From Marine Group II euryarchaeote MED-G34 (lineage in GTDB: Archaea; Thermoplasmatota; Poseidoniia; Poseidoniales; Thalassarchaeaceae): a DNA stretch of 58,364 bases. Location of the stretch: assembly GCA_002457605.1 (NCBI GenBank), contig NTJT01000005.1:1-58364 (forward strand). Direction: 5' to 3'. The number at the start of each line of letters is the position of its first letter. The stretch's first letter is position 1. A program made the translations under genes and the position numbers. The notes beneath the pieces are model-generated. The model did no database searches. It saw only the letters and a list, made by a program, of their open reading frames with translations, and was not told where the DNA came from. This document shows, one piece after another, positions 35,613 through 44,771 of the stretch.

Positions 35613-36611
35613 GTGTGTGTGGAGGGTATTTCCGACTTAGTCGAACGGCTCAGGGCCGCAGGGGTACCAGTCGATGACAGAACCGCCGAAGCGATGAGTT
35701 CAGTTGATCTTGGATGTTTCACCGACCATGACACTGAGCCGTTCCTGATGGACAGGCCAGTCCCGTTCCTAGTCACTGAGAGTGGTGCGGCCAAGACCAT
35801 CTCTGCACCTCATATGGTAGCAACCCTGTTGCATCACCTTGAGCTCAGAGAGGGGCAGCACGTGCTACTGATAGGTTCGAAAGGAGGGTATCTTGCTTCA
35901 CTCCTCGATTGCATGCTCGGACCAAACGGAGCTGTGACTATCATCGAGCCTCACCCCGAGGTTCTGCAGCACACCAGTGAGAGACTGGAACTGCACAACT
36001 CTATGGGACTGCTGAGGGCATTGCCGCCTGATGCCATAGAGGGTTGGGCAGACTTCAGCCGACGAGTAGACAGAGTACTTGTCACTGGTGCCGTCAGGAG
36101 ACTGGTTCCAGAGGTGGAGTCAATGGTCGAGGATGGCGGTTTTGTGCTAGGACCGTTTGGAGGGCCGCTCCACCAGAGGCTGCTCAAGAGAGAACGGCAG
36201 GGGGATAATTGGATGGATACCGACCTAGGAGGAGTGGTTTTCGGACCTATGGACCTCGCTGAGTCGGAGAGGTCGCCTTTAGATCCGCATTCTCTGGCTG
36301 AACACCTTGAAGATTTACTCGATCTGATGGCTGAAGTAATAGAAATCGAAGAGGAGACTATCGATAGGTTGGAAGGACTAATCCTCTCCCTCAGAGACCT
36401 CCCTACCGACCTGCCTCTCCTAGATGAGGAATCCACTGAGGACGAGATCCTAGAGCACCCGGTGATGGAACTTCTGCTGATGGAGATGGAGTGGCTTGGC
36501 CCCATGTGGCCGCTTTTCGGGGATTATATGTCAGTTGAAATGGCCAATCCTGGATCACCCGAAGATGATGACCAGGATATGTTCGGTGGTCACGAAGATC
36601 TCGTACCTTAG
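35613..36611 (+). CDS. Protein-L-isoaspartate O-methyltransferase-like protein with acidic C-terminal domain
   Basis: TISAPHMVA, GQHVLLIGSKGGY, DRVLVTGAV, V.FGPM. Confidence 0.8.
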   Translation: MCVEGISDLVERLRAAGVPVDDRTAEAMSSVDLGCFTDHDTEPFLMDRPVPFLVTESGAAKTISAPHMVATLLHHLELREGQHVLLIGSKGGYLASLLDCMLGPNGAVTIIEPHPEVLQHTSERLELHNSMGLLRALPPDAIEGWADFSRRVDRVLVTGAVRRLVPEVESMVEDGGFVLGPFGGPLHQRLLKRERQGDNWMDTDLGGVVFGPMDLAESERSPLDPHSLAEHLEDLLDLMAEVIEIEEETIDRLEGLILSLRDLPTDLPLLDEESTEDEILEHPVMELLLMEMEWLGPMWPLFGDYMSVEMANPGSPEDDDQDMFGGHEDLVP

Positions 36612-36615
36612 ATGA

Positions 36616-37029
36616 TTAATTTCCCATTGCTGGCTGCGAGAGTCTGGACAGCGGTATAGAAATCGGTGGAAGATGATCCGAGAGAAGATGTCTGGATGTC
36701 TTAGGGGGAAACAGTTCGCCGGACAGCGCTGCTTCGACGACCTCTTTCTTCTCTAATGAGTCGCGTCCACAGCGGGGCCAAACGGTCAGTGTCACCCGAT
36801 CGTCTTCGAGATAGTCCACCCGTACGCATGGCAGGCACAGAAGATTCAGTCTATGTGCAACGCTAGTCCGGTGGTGACCATCCAGTATTGTGCCTGTCTT
36901 GCGGTCGACCAGTAGGGGCTTAGTGTAAGCCTTCCAGCGCAGAGTCATCTTCTCCAGATTGTCGACTCTATGTTCCTCCACTTGCTCGTGCGGCAGTAGA
37001 GTTTCGACAGGTACGAGTTCGACCTTCAC
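36616..37029 (-). CDS. Stand-alone ParB/Srx-fold protein (SerK/SbnI-like N-domain)
   Basis: LLPHE, KPLLVD, ILDGHHR, VDY, FPPKTSRH. Confidence 0.8.
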   Translation of the reverse strand: MKVELVPVETLLPHEQVEEHRVDNLEKMTLRWKAYTKPLLVDRKTGTILDGHHRTSVAHRLNLLCLPCVRVDYLEDDRVTLTVWPRCGRDSLEKKEVVEAALSGELFPPKTSRHLLSDHLPPISIPLSRLSQPAMGN

Positions 37030-37102
37030 ATAGAGCCGAAGGGCTGTTTACCAATATGCCTAACGCCCGAAGCAATCATGTCCGAAAGGCCGTCGGCGCA
37101 AC

Positions 37103-38341
37103 ATGGGACCCGAGTATGAGCACCTCAGTGAAGCCGACGGGCTGGTGTTGGAAGGGCTGCGTTCAGCCGGTAAGGCGTGGATAGTCGGAGGCTGGGTTAG
37201 GGAGGCTGTTTCAGGCCGTCACGAAACTGACATGGATATTGCCACTACACTGTTGCCTGCTAAGGTCAAGGAGTTGTTTCCGCGCTCGCTCATGGTAGGG
37301 GAGGAGTATGGTACAGTGATTGTCCGATTAGAAGAAAATATCTCTGACGGAACTTGGGAGGTGACTACATTGCGAAGCGAAGGTAGTTACGGCGATGGTA
37401 GGAGACCTGACCAAGTAGAGTTTGGCCAGAGCATAGAGGATGATTTGGCCCGACGAGACTTCACGATAAATGCGATGGCCATCGACTCAGATGGCGATCT
37501 GATAGACCCCTATGACGGCATATCGGATCTACGAGCGGGCGTCCTGAGGGCAGTAGGCGAAGCAAGTGAAAGGCTTGGCGAAGATGGTCTTCGGATAATG
37601 AGAGCGTACCGATTCCTAGATTCCGCTGGTGATATGAGGAGCATGGAGGCCTCGTTGAGAACTGCTGTGAGAGGGAATCTCGGTATGCTCGATGTGGTTT
37701 CCAGAGAGCGGATTGGAATGGAGATGGAGAAAATTCTAGGAGGTAGAAATGCTGGAGAGGTAATCTCGCAAATGCATGAAGACGGTGTTCTGAATCATGT
37801 CCTACCTGGGATTACCTGCACCGTATCCCCATCATTCTGTACCGACACTCTGGTCAATCTCGCTCTACTGTGTAGCAGAGATTCGTCCGAGAGAAGTGTC
37901 CTCGCAGACAATCTTCGTAGAGCCCTCATGATGGCAAAAGAACCATTGCGTCAGGTCGCGTTTCTTCATGGAGCCAGGGATACTCCCGTACCGAATGAAA
38001 TCGGTGAACTTCGCCGCTTCCGTGCTGCCCTCCCTCCGGATTGGCAGAATGCTTTCATTGCCTATTCGCAAGGATTGGGACGAGAAACCTCCGAGTTTGT
38101 CGGGGCCCTGGCCTCATTGAGTCCCCTCATTGCAGGTAATGCCCCCTTGATAGACGGGAACACTCTGATTGCCGCCACTGGGCTGGATCCGGGTCCTAGG
38201 ATGGGGCGCCTGAAGGGACTGTTGCACAGAATCCAGATAGAGAGGGACCTGCCTACTGCAGAAAGGGTTCTGTCATTGCTGGATGAGTTGGACTGGAGAG
38301 ACTCAGACTACGAAGAGTGGTCTGCACTCAGTTGGCCCTAA
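37103..38341 (+). CDS. cca: Class II (bacterial-type) CCA tRNA nucleotidyltransferase
   Basis: VGGWVRE...DMDIAT, EVTTLRSE.SY.DGRRP, DLARRDFTINAMA, EDGLRIMRAYRF, VSRERI..E. Confidence 0.88.
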   Translation: MGPEYEHLSEADGLVLEGLRSAGKAWIVGGWVREAVSGRHETDMDIATTLLPAKVKELFPRSLMVGEEYGTVIVRLEENISDGTWEVTTLRSEGSYGDGRRPDQVEFGQSIEDDLARRDFTINAMAIDSDGDLIDPYDGISDLRAGVLRAVGEASERLGEDGLRIMRAYRFLDSAGDMRSMEASLRTAVRGNLGMLDVVSRERIGMEMEKILGGRNAGEVISQMHEDGVLNHVLPGITCTVSPSFCTDTLVNLALLCSRDSSERSVLADNLRRALMMAKEPLRQVAFLHGARDTPVPNEIGELRRFRAALPPDWQNAFIAYSQGLGRETSEFVGALASLSPLIAGNAPLIDGNTLIAATGLDPGPRMGRLKGLLHRIQIERDLPTAERVLSLLDELDWRDSDYEEWSALSWP

Positions 38342-38841
38342 GGCAACTCATTCAGCATCTCAATGTACTCTTCTTGATTGAGGAATTGATCCTCGTCGAA
38401 TTCGTGCGGCTCTACTATCACGCACCAACCGTCTCCGTAGGCGTCGTCGTTGAGCAAGTCTGGATTGTCCTCGACCTCTCCATTCAGTTCCATAATCTTG
38501 CAAGGGAATGGGGAATTAATCAGAAGTGTCTCAATCTCGCCGTCATAGCTGGTGGTGACGGTAATCAGCAAATCTTCTGTTCCTACTTCATCACCACTCC
38601 CCATTATTTGAGGAGAGTCGTCATCGATGTCCTCGACATCAGAGTCGCCCTTGAACTCGCTATCGTCCTCAGGTCGGGTGAGTACTACTCTAACGATGTT
38701 GCCGTACTCAGCACGGATGAATTCACTGATTCCAACCTTCACCGTTTCGGCCTTGTCATCCAAGGTTTGGAGCCAAAGGTGCTCCAGTGTGTACTTACGG
38801 TCGTGTGCGATGCTGAACTCGGAGTAGTCGCCGTCTGCCAT
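38338..38841 (-). CDS. Glycine cleavage H-like protein lacking the lipoyl-lysine
   Basis: RKYTLEHLW, VKVGISEF, GNIV, SPFPCKIMELN, NPDLLNDDAYGDGW; the ESVK hairpin is replaced by VTTSYDGEIE. Confidence 0.82.
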   Translation of the reverse strand: MADGDYSEFSIAHDRKYTLEHLWLQTLDDKAETVKVGISEFIRAEYGNIVRVVLTRPEDDSEFKGDSDVEDIDDDSPQIMGSGDEVGTEDLLITVTTSYDGEIETLLINSPFPCKIMELNGEVEDNPDLLNDDAYGDGWCVIVEPHEFDEDQFLNQEEYIEMLNELP

Positions 38842-38954
38842 GTTATACCGAACCGCGCGCTCAGATGTGCAATTTGAACTATTCGATTGAGATACCCCTT
38901 AGAAGGCCACGAGGGATTAACAACGAAACCCGCCTCGGTCGCATGGGGAGAGAG

Positions 38955-40133
38955 ATGGATTTCCGCGAGACTGAGGAACAAGGCATGATTCGCGAGATGG
39001 TGCGCGATTTCGCTGAGGGCGTGCTAGCTCCAACTTGCTTGGAGCGAGACAGGGCGCAGCAGGCCCCCCTTGAGGAATGGGCGGCATTCTGCGAGCAATC
39101 CGGTCTACAGGGCATCACGATTCCCGAGGATTATGGAGGCAGTCCCGTCGACGATATCTCGGAAGCGATAATTGTCGAGGAGCTTGCCCGTGTCGATCCA
39201 TCGTTCTCCGTGATGTTTTGTGTACATGTTGGACTATGCTCGAAGACCATAGCCCTGCACGGCAACCACGAGCAGAAACAGAATTACCTTTCAAGACTGG
39301 CTGGAAGCGAGATTGGAGCATATTCGCTATCCGAGGCCGGAGCAGGTACCGACGCTGCTGCACTCGGATGTAAGGCGAAACTGAATGAGGAGGGTAGCCA
39401 CTATATCCTCAATGGTGAGAAAATGTGGGTTACCAACGGCGCGAGCGCCGACATCTACGTGCTGTTCGCCAAGGATGTCGACCATCCAGAATACAATCAA
39501 AAGAAACATGGTGGAACAACGGCATTCATCGTTGAGAGAGGATTCGATGGATTCTCTGTTGGAAAGAAAGAGGATAAACTCGGAATCAGATCTAGTGATA
39601 CCTGTTCGCTTCTTCTTGAGGACTGTAAGGTCCCTGTAGAGAATGTCCTAAAGGACTCTGGTGAAGGATTTCCAATAGCCATGAATGCGCTAGACAACTC
39701 AAGGATAGGAATCGCTGCTCAGGCCCTCGGCATCGCGCAAGGAGCATATGAGTCGGCACTAAACTACGCTCACGAACGAGTCGCCTTTGGCAAACCAATT
39801 GCCCACCACCAGAGCGTCGGCAACTACCTCGCAGACATGGCTACCCAAACTGAAGCGGCCAGAATGATGGTTTACAAGGCGGCTTGGGCCAAGCAGAGGC
39901 ACTACGAAGACGATGCCCCTCGACACACTATGGAAGCGAGCATGGCCAAACTGTTCGCAGGAGACACCGCGATGTGGGTGGCCGAGAGGGCTGTGCAAGT
40001 CCTAGGCGGATATGGTTACACCACCGATTTCCCTGTGGAGCGCTTCTTCCGTGACGCCAAGATTACACAAATCTACGAAGGCACGCAAGAGGTCCAGCGA
40101 ATTGTAATTAATCGCTCCATCGCTCCGGAGTGA
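38955..40133 (+). CDS. Acyl-CoA dehydrogenase (short/branched-chain type)
   Basis: YSLSEAGAGTD, LNGEKMWVTNG, KLGIRSSDT, QVLGGYGY, IYEGTQEVQ. Confidence 0.93.
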   Translation: MDFRETEEQGMIREMVRDFAEGVLAPTCLERDRAQQAPLEEWAAFCEQSGLQGITIPEDYGGSPVDDISEAIIVEELARVDPSFSVMFCVHVGLCSKTIALHGNHEQKQNYLSRLAGSEIGAYSLSEAGAGTDAAALGCKAKLNEEGSHYILNGEKMWVTNGASADIYVLFAKDVDHPEYNQKKHGGTTAFIVERGFDGFSVGKKEDKLGIRSSDTCSLLLEDCKVPVENVLKDSGEGFPIAMNALDNSRIGIAAQALGIAQGAYESALNYAHERVAFGKPIAHHQSVGNYLADMATQTEAARMMVYKAAWAKQRHYEDDAPRHTMEASMAKLFAGDTAMWVAERAVQVLGGYGYTTDFPVERFFRDAKITQIYEGTQEVQRIVINRSIAPE

Positions 40134-40137
40134 TGGA

Positions 40138-41391
40138 ATGTCGGATTACCCGATAGCCGAGATTCGTTCTCGGTTTACTGGTTTACAACGTCAGGTCAAT
40201 GGTAATCAGGCTATTTTCTTCGATGGTCCCGGGGGTAGCCAGTCTCCAGAATCCGTAGGAGATGCAGTCAAGCACTACTTGTTGCATCAAAATGCGAATG
40301 TGGGCATGTCGTTCGCGACTTCGAAGGAGACGGATGCGCTAATCGAGGAAACCATGCGAGCCTGTGCCGATTTTGTCGGTTGCGAGGATTATCGAGAGAT
40401 TGTGTTTGGCCAGAATATGACTAGTCTGACGATACAACTGGCTAGTGCTCTGAGTCGAACTTGGGGGCCTGGTGACGAAGTCGTAGTTACGCGCTCAGAC
40501 CACGATGCGAATGTACGACCCTGGGTGCTTGCAGCACAGTGGGCGGGGGCGACTGTGAAATGGATAGACATACACTCGCCACATTGCATTCATGATAACG
40601 ATACTATACATGCGGCTATCAACGAAAACACCGTATTGGTTGCAATAGGTGCTGCATCGAACTTCTCAGGCACGATTAATGATGTCGAGATGATTAGCAG
40701 ATTAGCCCATGAGTGCGGTGCAGAAGTATTCGTGGATGCGGTGCATTATGCTCCACATGGTCTGATTGATGTGCGTGAGTGGGGTTGCGACTACCTAGCT
40801 TGCTCGTCGTACAAGTTCTTCGGAACGCACCAAGGGATCCTATGGGGTAAATTCGACAGGCTGGCTGAACTGCCTGTGGCTAAATTGCGTGTTTCGAGCG
40901 AGGAAGTCCCATTCAGATGGATGACCGGAACTCAGGGGCATGAGTCGATGGCAGGAACACTGGCTGCTATCGAGCATTTGGAATGGCTTGGAAGATTTAT
41001 TTCTGAGGAGAATATTAGTAGTCGCAGAGAGGCCCTGAGAGTGGCGTTCTCTGCAATTGAAGAATACGAGAGAGAGTTGTGCTGGAGGATGATTGAAGGG
41101 CTCAAAAAGATAGAGGGGGTCAAGATTTGGGGCATAACTTCGCCCGAGGAGTTTGAGTGGAGGGCCCCAACTGTCTCCTTCACTCATCATTCGATAACTG
41201 CCGAGGAAATTGGAGGGGCGCTTGCGGAGCATGGAATATTCACATGGGCTGGTAACTTCTACGCACTGGAGCTCTCAGAGGCTCTGGGACTTGAGCCTGA
41301 AGGCGCCCTCAGGGTAGGTCTGCTACACTACAACACCATGGAGGAGGTCGAGAGCTTTCTCAGAGAGCTTTCTTCCATCCTCGCCGGATAG
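40138..41391 (+). CDS. Cysteine desulfurase-like class V PLP enzyme (no catalytic Cys)
   Basis: FDGPGGSQ, DHDANVRPW, VDAVHYAPH, CSSYKFFG, WAGNFYA, RVGLLHYNT. Confidence 0.88.
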   Translation: MSDYPIAEIRSRFTGLQRQVNGNQAIFFDGPGGSQSPESVGDAVKHYLLHQNANVGMSFATSKETDALIEETMRACADFVGCEDYREIVFGQNMTSLTIQLASALSRTWGPGDEVVVTRSDHDANVRPWVLAAQWAGATVKWIDIHSPHCIHDNDTIHAAINENTVLVAIGAASNFSGTINDVEMISRLAHECGAEVFVDAVHYAPHGLIDVREWGCDYLACSSYKFFGTHQGILWGKFDRLAELPVAKLRVSSEEVPFRWMTGTQGHESMAGTLAAIEHLEWLGRFISEENISSRREALRVAFSAIEEYERELCWRMIEGLKKIEGVKIWGITSPEEFEWRAPTVSFTHHSITAEEIGGALAEHGIFTWAGNFYALELSEALGLEPEGALRVGLLHYNTMEEVESFLRELSSILAG

Positions 41392-41392
41392 T

Positions 41393-42943
41393 TTACTCAA
41401 CCCAGCGATACTCGCGCTGTCCCTCAAGATTTCCTTCGGCACCAATACTGACTAGTGCAAACTCGTCGCTTGGCTTGACCACTGAACGCTTGCGGGAGCC
41501 CTTGTGCAGGGCCTCGTAGACCGTCTTGTTGATTGGATGGCGACCGGACAGGCGCTCAAACAGGTGGAACCTTGAGGCAATCTCGCGCCACTGTGGCTGG
41601 ACAGTGCCTTCGAAGACCTTGGCCTTAGCGCCCGAACCATAGCCACATAGCCCAAGTTTCTCCCCCGTCATATCGATGTTCTCGATATAGTCAGACTCCA
41701 TGGTCGACATCAGAGCGAGGAAGATGGAACCAGTGTACTGATTACCAATCAGACTTGATGCGCGGGTGGTTCTCTCAATTCTTTCATCCACGAAGATTCG
41801 GAATGCATCTGTCTTGGATATCAGTCTGCGGTACGAATCATTCGCTCTCTCAAACTCCTCAATCCCCTCGGGTGTGTCAGGGAATTCCTCAGGCATTGGC
41901 TCTGGGCCGATCTGCTCGACAATCTCTGCCCACATCGGCAGGTGTCTCCTGTCGTGACGGAAGACATCCGGGAACATTCTCTTACCTTGGAAAGCATATG
42001 GCAAGTGGACGATGATGCGACTCCATTGGTTGGTCAAAATCTCGTCATTCTCAGGACTATAGCGGCCCTCGCGAATCGCCTTTTCGCGGAAATTGATGAA
42101 TGCCTGCTTGACTGACTCAGAATAGCAGCGGTTGGAGAACTGGCCGTCAAAGACAGGGGTGTCCTTGTGGATCTGTAGCATCGGATTCTCGAACATGACA
42201 TCGTCCTTCTTAGAAGAGCTTGGGAGGTGCTTGAGTATACGCTCAGTGAGTCCGTCCTTGACCTTCTCGCCGCTCTCACGAGCGAGATCGAGAACATTCT
42301 CTACGATGGTCCTGGTGTCAATTTCTCTGCGTGGTTTGAAGAAGTCATGAACGGGCATCGTTGAGACTCCCCAGATATCGGGAATCTCAAGCAGACGTGG
42401 GTTATGGCGTATCAGAATCGCACCGCCGCCAGCACCTTGGGTGTATTCACCTGTCGAACCGATGTCATACTTGGCATTGTCAGCGAATACAACGATGCCG
42501 ATTCTACTCTTCTCCTCGCCCCCCCGAGCGACCCAGTCGAGGGTGTTGTGCATGGCATCCACTGCACCTATGCAAGCGAAGGTCATGTCGACCACGTCAC
42601 AGTTGCGGAAGCAGTCCTTTCCGTGGGTGGAAGCATAGCGCTGCTCGAGCATGTCCATGATGTAAGTCGCAGTCGGCTTGGAGCCGTCTAAGGCCGACTC
42701 GGTCCCGAGGTATATTCTGCCAATGGCATTAGGGTCGAGTCCGTTGCGGTCGAGCAGTCTGCGAACCGCGTTAGCACCCATTGTTGCTGTATCCTCATGG
42801 ACATCAGGAATTGCCATCGCTGCAAGTCCGAGGCCACGGTTCAGCTTACCGAAATCGGCCCCTCTTAGCTTGGCAAAGTCTTCCATGTCAAAGTAGAGAC
42901 GAGGGAAGTGAATCGCGATGTCGTCTATCCCGACTGATGTCAT
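41393..42943 (-). CDS. mvaS: Hydroxymethylglutaryl-CoA synthase (bacterial-type)
   Basis: GTESALD (Glu), TFACIGA (Cys), GEYTQGAG, DFFKP, VHLPY (His), GNQYTGS, GYGSG. Confidence 0.92.
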   Translation of the reverse strand: MTSVGIDDIAIHFPRLYFDMEDFAKLRGADFGKLNRGLGLAAMAIPDVHEDTATMGANAVRRLLDRNGLDPNAIGRIYLGTESALDGSKPTATYIMDMLEQRYASTHGKDCFRNCDVVDMTFACIGAVDAMHNTLDWVARGGEEKSRIGIVVFADNAKYDIGSTGEYTQGAGGGAILIRHNPRLLEIPDIWGVSTMPVHDFFKPRREIDTRTIVENVLDLARESGEKVKDGLTERILKHLPSSSKKDDVMFENPMLQIHKDTPVFDGQFSNRCYSESVKQAFINFREKAIREGRYSPENDEILTNQWSRIIVHLPYAFQGKRMFPDVFRHDRRHLPMWAEIVEQIGPEPMPEEFPDTPEGIEEFERANDSYRRLISKTDAFRIFVDERIERTTRASSLIGNQYTGSIFLALMSTMESDYIENIDMTGEKLGLCGYGSGAKAKVFEGTVQPQWREIASRFHLFERLSGRHPINKTVYEALHKGSRKRSVVKPSDEFALVSIGAEGNLEGQREYRWVE

Positions 42944-43028
42944 TAGTCCACTCTCAAGCCCGCGCGGGCTGAGTAGTGTTATGAGTTCTCGCCCTACACA
43001 AAAACCATTAGTTTCAGTAATAAACGTA

Positions 43029-44147
43029 CTACTGAGAGCCGGTGAGTCGATCCATGGCTGATAGGAGCTCTGGTTTTTGCGAGAAGTGCTGCGAAACCGG
43101 GGCTAGAACTTCAGACAGGGCATCTGCTACGGCCATCTTGGCGTCAAGCGGGTGTACAGATCCATCTGAGATGGCTTCGATGAAATTCTGCAGATTATCC
43201 CAATTCGAGGGCTCTCCAAATTTGGGGTCGGGAGTCACTGTGATGGAGTCGAGTTTTGGCAGTACAATGTATTGAGCAATCTCAAAAACCGGAGAGACAG
43301 GGTTACCAATTTCAAGGAATGCTTTCCTCATCTTGGTCCTGACTGAGTCGGGATCGTCGTCAAGCAGAATTGCGTTGCCGGGGTCAGACTTGGACATCTT
43401 GTGATCGAACGAGTCCATCCTCCCTCCTGGCCCCTTCAGACCCGACATCATAGGGGTGTGGATGCACGTGGCCTTGGTCCAATCGTACTTATCGGCAACC
43501 TCTCGCATGTACATGTGCGCCTTGCGTTGATCCATGCCTCCGAAAGCAATGTCAATCTCCAACTCGAAAATGTCCGCTGCCTGTAGGGCTGGGTAGTAAA
43601 ACGCGGCTAGGTCATGATCCGAGGAATCCTCGTCGCGACCCATGATACTGAATGTCCTGCGCACCCTAGAGAGGCTCATGTTCTTCGAGCATCTGAGCAC
43701 CCTCTCCCAGTACTTACCTGAGTCCATCAGCTGTGATGCACTCAGGAATCTGAGTTGACCTGCTCCCTCGCCCTCTGGAGGATTTCCTAGCAGCGCCCTA
43801 AAGACCTCAATCATGTACTCGCCGGCAAGTGTGATTTTGTCCATATCGCGATCGAACTTGTCATTCACCCAAGCGTGCCAGTCGGCGAGTAGGATGATTA
43901 CGTTCACGCCTTCGTCGAGCATATTGCGTATGGTGTCGGCAAGCAGTATCCAGCCCAAGTGTGCCTTGCCACTAGGCTCGAGTCCGATATATGCGACCAG
44001 TTGGTCGTCTCCAGAGTGCGTTGGCCCTCCTGAAACAACAGAGGCGACGTGTCCCACGCCAACGACTTCAACGCAACCAGTGAACATACGGGAGACGCGT
44101 GAACGCCCCTCCTCATCTAGCGACGAGAGGGGGTCATTGTCGTTCAT
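43029..44147 (-). CDS. tyrS: Tyrosine--tRNA ligase
   Basis: YIGLEPSGKAHLG, LADWHAW, YPALQAAD, GGMDQRKAH, KMSKS. Confidence 0.95.
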   Translation of the reverse strand: MNDNDPLSSLDEEGRSRVSRMFTGCVEVVGVGHVASVVSGGPTHSGDDQLVAYIGLEPSGKAHLGWILLADTIRNMLDEGVNVIILLADWHAWVNDKFDRDMDKITLAGEYMIEVFRALLGNPPEGEGAGQLRFLSASQLMDSGKYWERVLRCSKNMSLSRVRRTFSIMGRDEDSSDHDLAAFYYPALQAADIFELEIDIAFGGMDQRKAHMYMREVADKYDWTKATCIHTPMMSGLKGPGGRMDSFDHKMSKSDPGNAILLDDDPDSVRTKMRKAFLEIGNPVSPVFEIAQYIVLPKLDSITVTPDPKFGEPSNWDNLQNFIEAISDGSVHPLDAKMAVADALSEVLAPVSQHFSQKPELLSAMDRLTGSQ

Positions 44148-44155
44148 GATTCACC

Positions 44156-44671
44156 TCATTCCAGTAATTTGGCCAGTTTCCCCGCGCGTCCTGCCGCCTT
44201 CGTGTTGTCTCCCTGCTCCAACGCAGCCTCGATTTCCTCAATCATAGACTCTGCCTGTTCGGATATCTCTTCGGAGATGTTTTTCGACATTGACATGAAG
44301 TGTCGCGCTGCAGAAATGCCTGACTTCGCTTTACTGGCCTTCTTGGCCCATTCCTTGGCCTTGTCACCTCTCTGCTTAGAGTTGTATCCGGTGGCAGCGT
44401 CGAGGAACAAGGTCCAATTCTTGCGCGCCTCCATAGCTGATTTCACAGCCTCCGCATCTTCGAAGTCAGGAGGAATATTGGTTACATTCACAATCAGTGC
44501 GCCCTGCTCATTGTAACTGGCTACAATAGAGGTCATTATATCGTGCGAACCATTGAATGAATTGTCACCAGTATCCTCGACATTGTCGAAGTAATCCCGC
44601 GCCAGCACTGCCAATCCTCCATTCGAAGTTACCTGCTTTACCAGTCCGCGCTTGACATCAAATCTCTCCAT
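44156..44671 (-). CDS. Conserved archaeal protein (DUF5611-like) with C-terminal helical extension
   Basis: MERFDVKRG...WTLFLDAATGYNSKQR resembles the conserved archaeal family; recognised from memory. Confidence 0.65.
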   Translation of the reverse strand: MERFDVKRGLVKQVTSNGGLAVLARDYFDNVEDTGDNSFNGSHDIMTSIVASYNEQGALIVNVTNIPPDFEDAEAVKSAMEARKNWTLFLDAATGYNSKQRGDKAKEWAKKASKAKSGISAARHFMSMSKNISEEISEQAESMIEEIEAALEQGDNTKAAGRAGKLAKLLE

Positions 44672-44771
44672 GGTCGAGCGCTGGCTGAATCCTTCTTGAA
44701 TGCTATTGCCGCGTAAGCCCAATCAGTGCTTGTGTCGAACGGGCTAAACCGGCATCGCCCGTCGGCGGGAT

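Noticed and set aside
40138-41391. Second true SufS or a SufS pseudogene
   Set aside because: The ORF is intact and matches the known Cys-less desulfurase-like class V subfamily (GNFYA in place of GHHCA).
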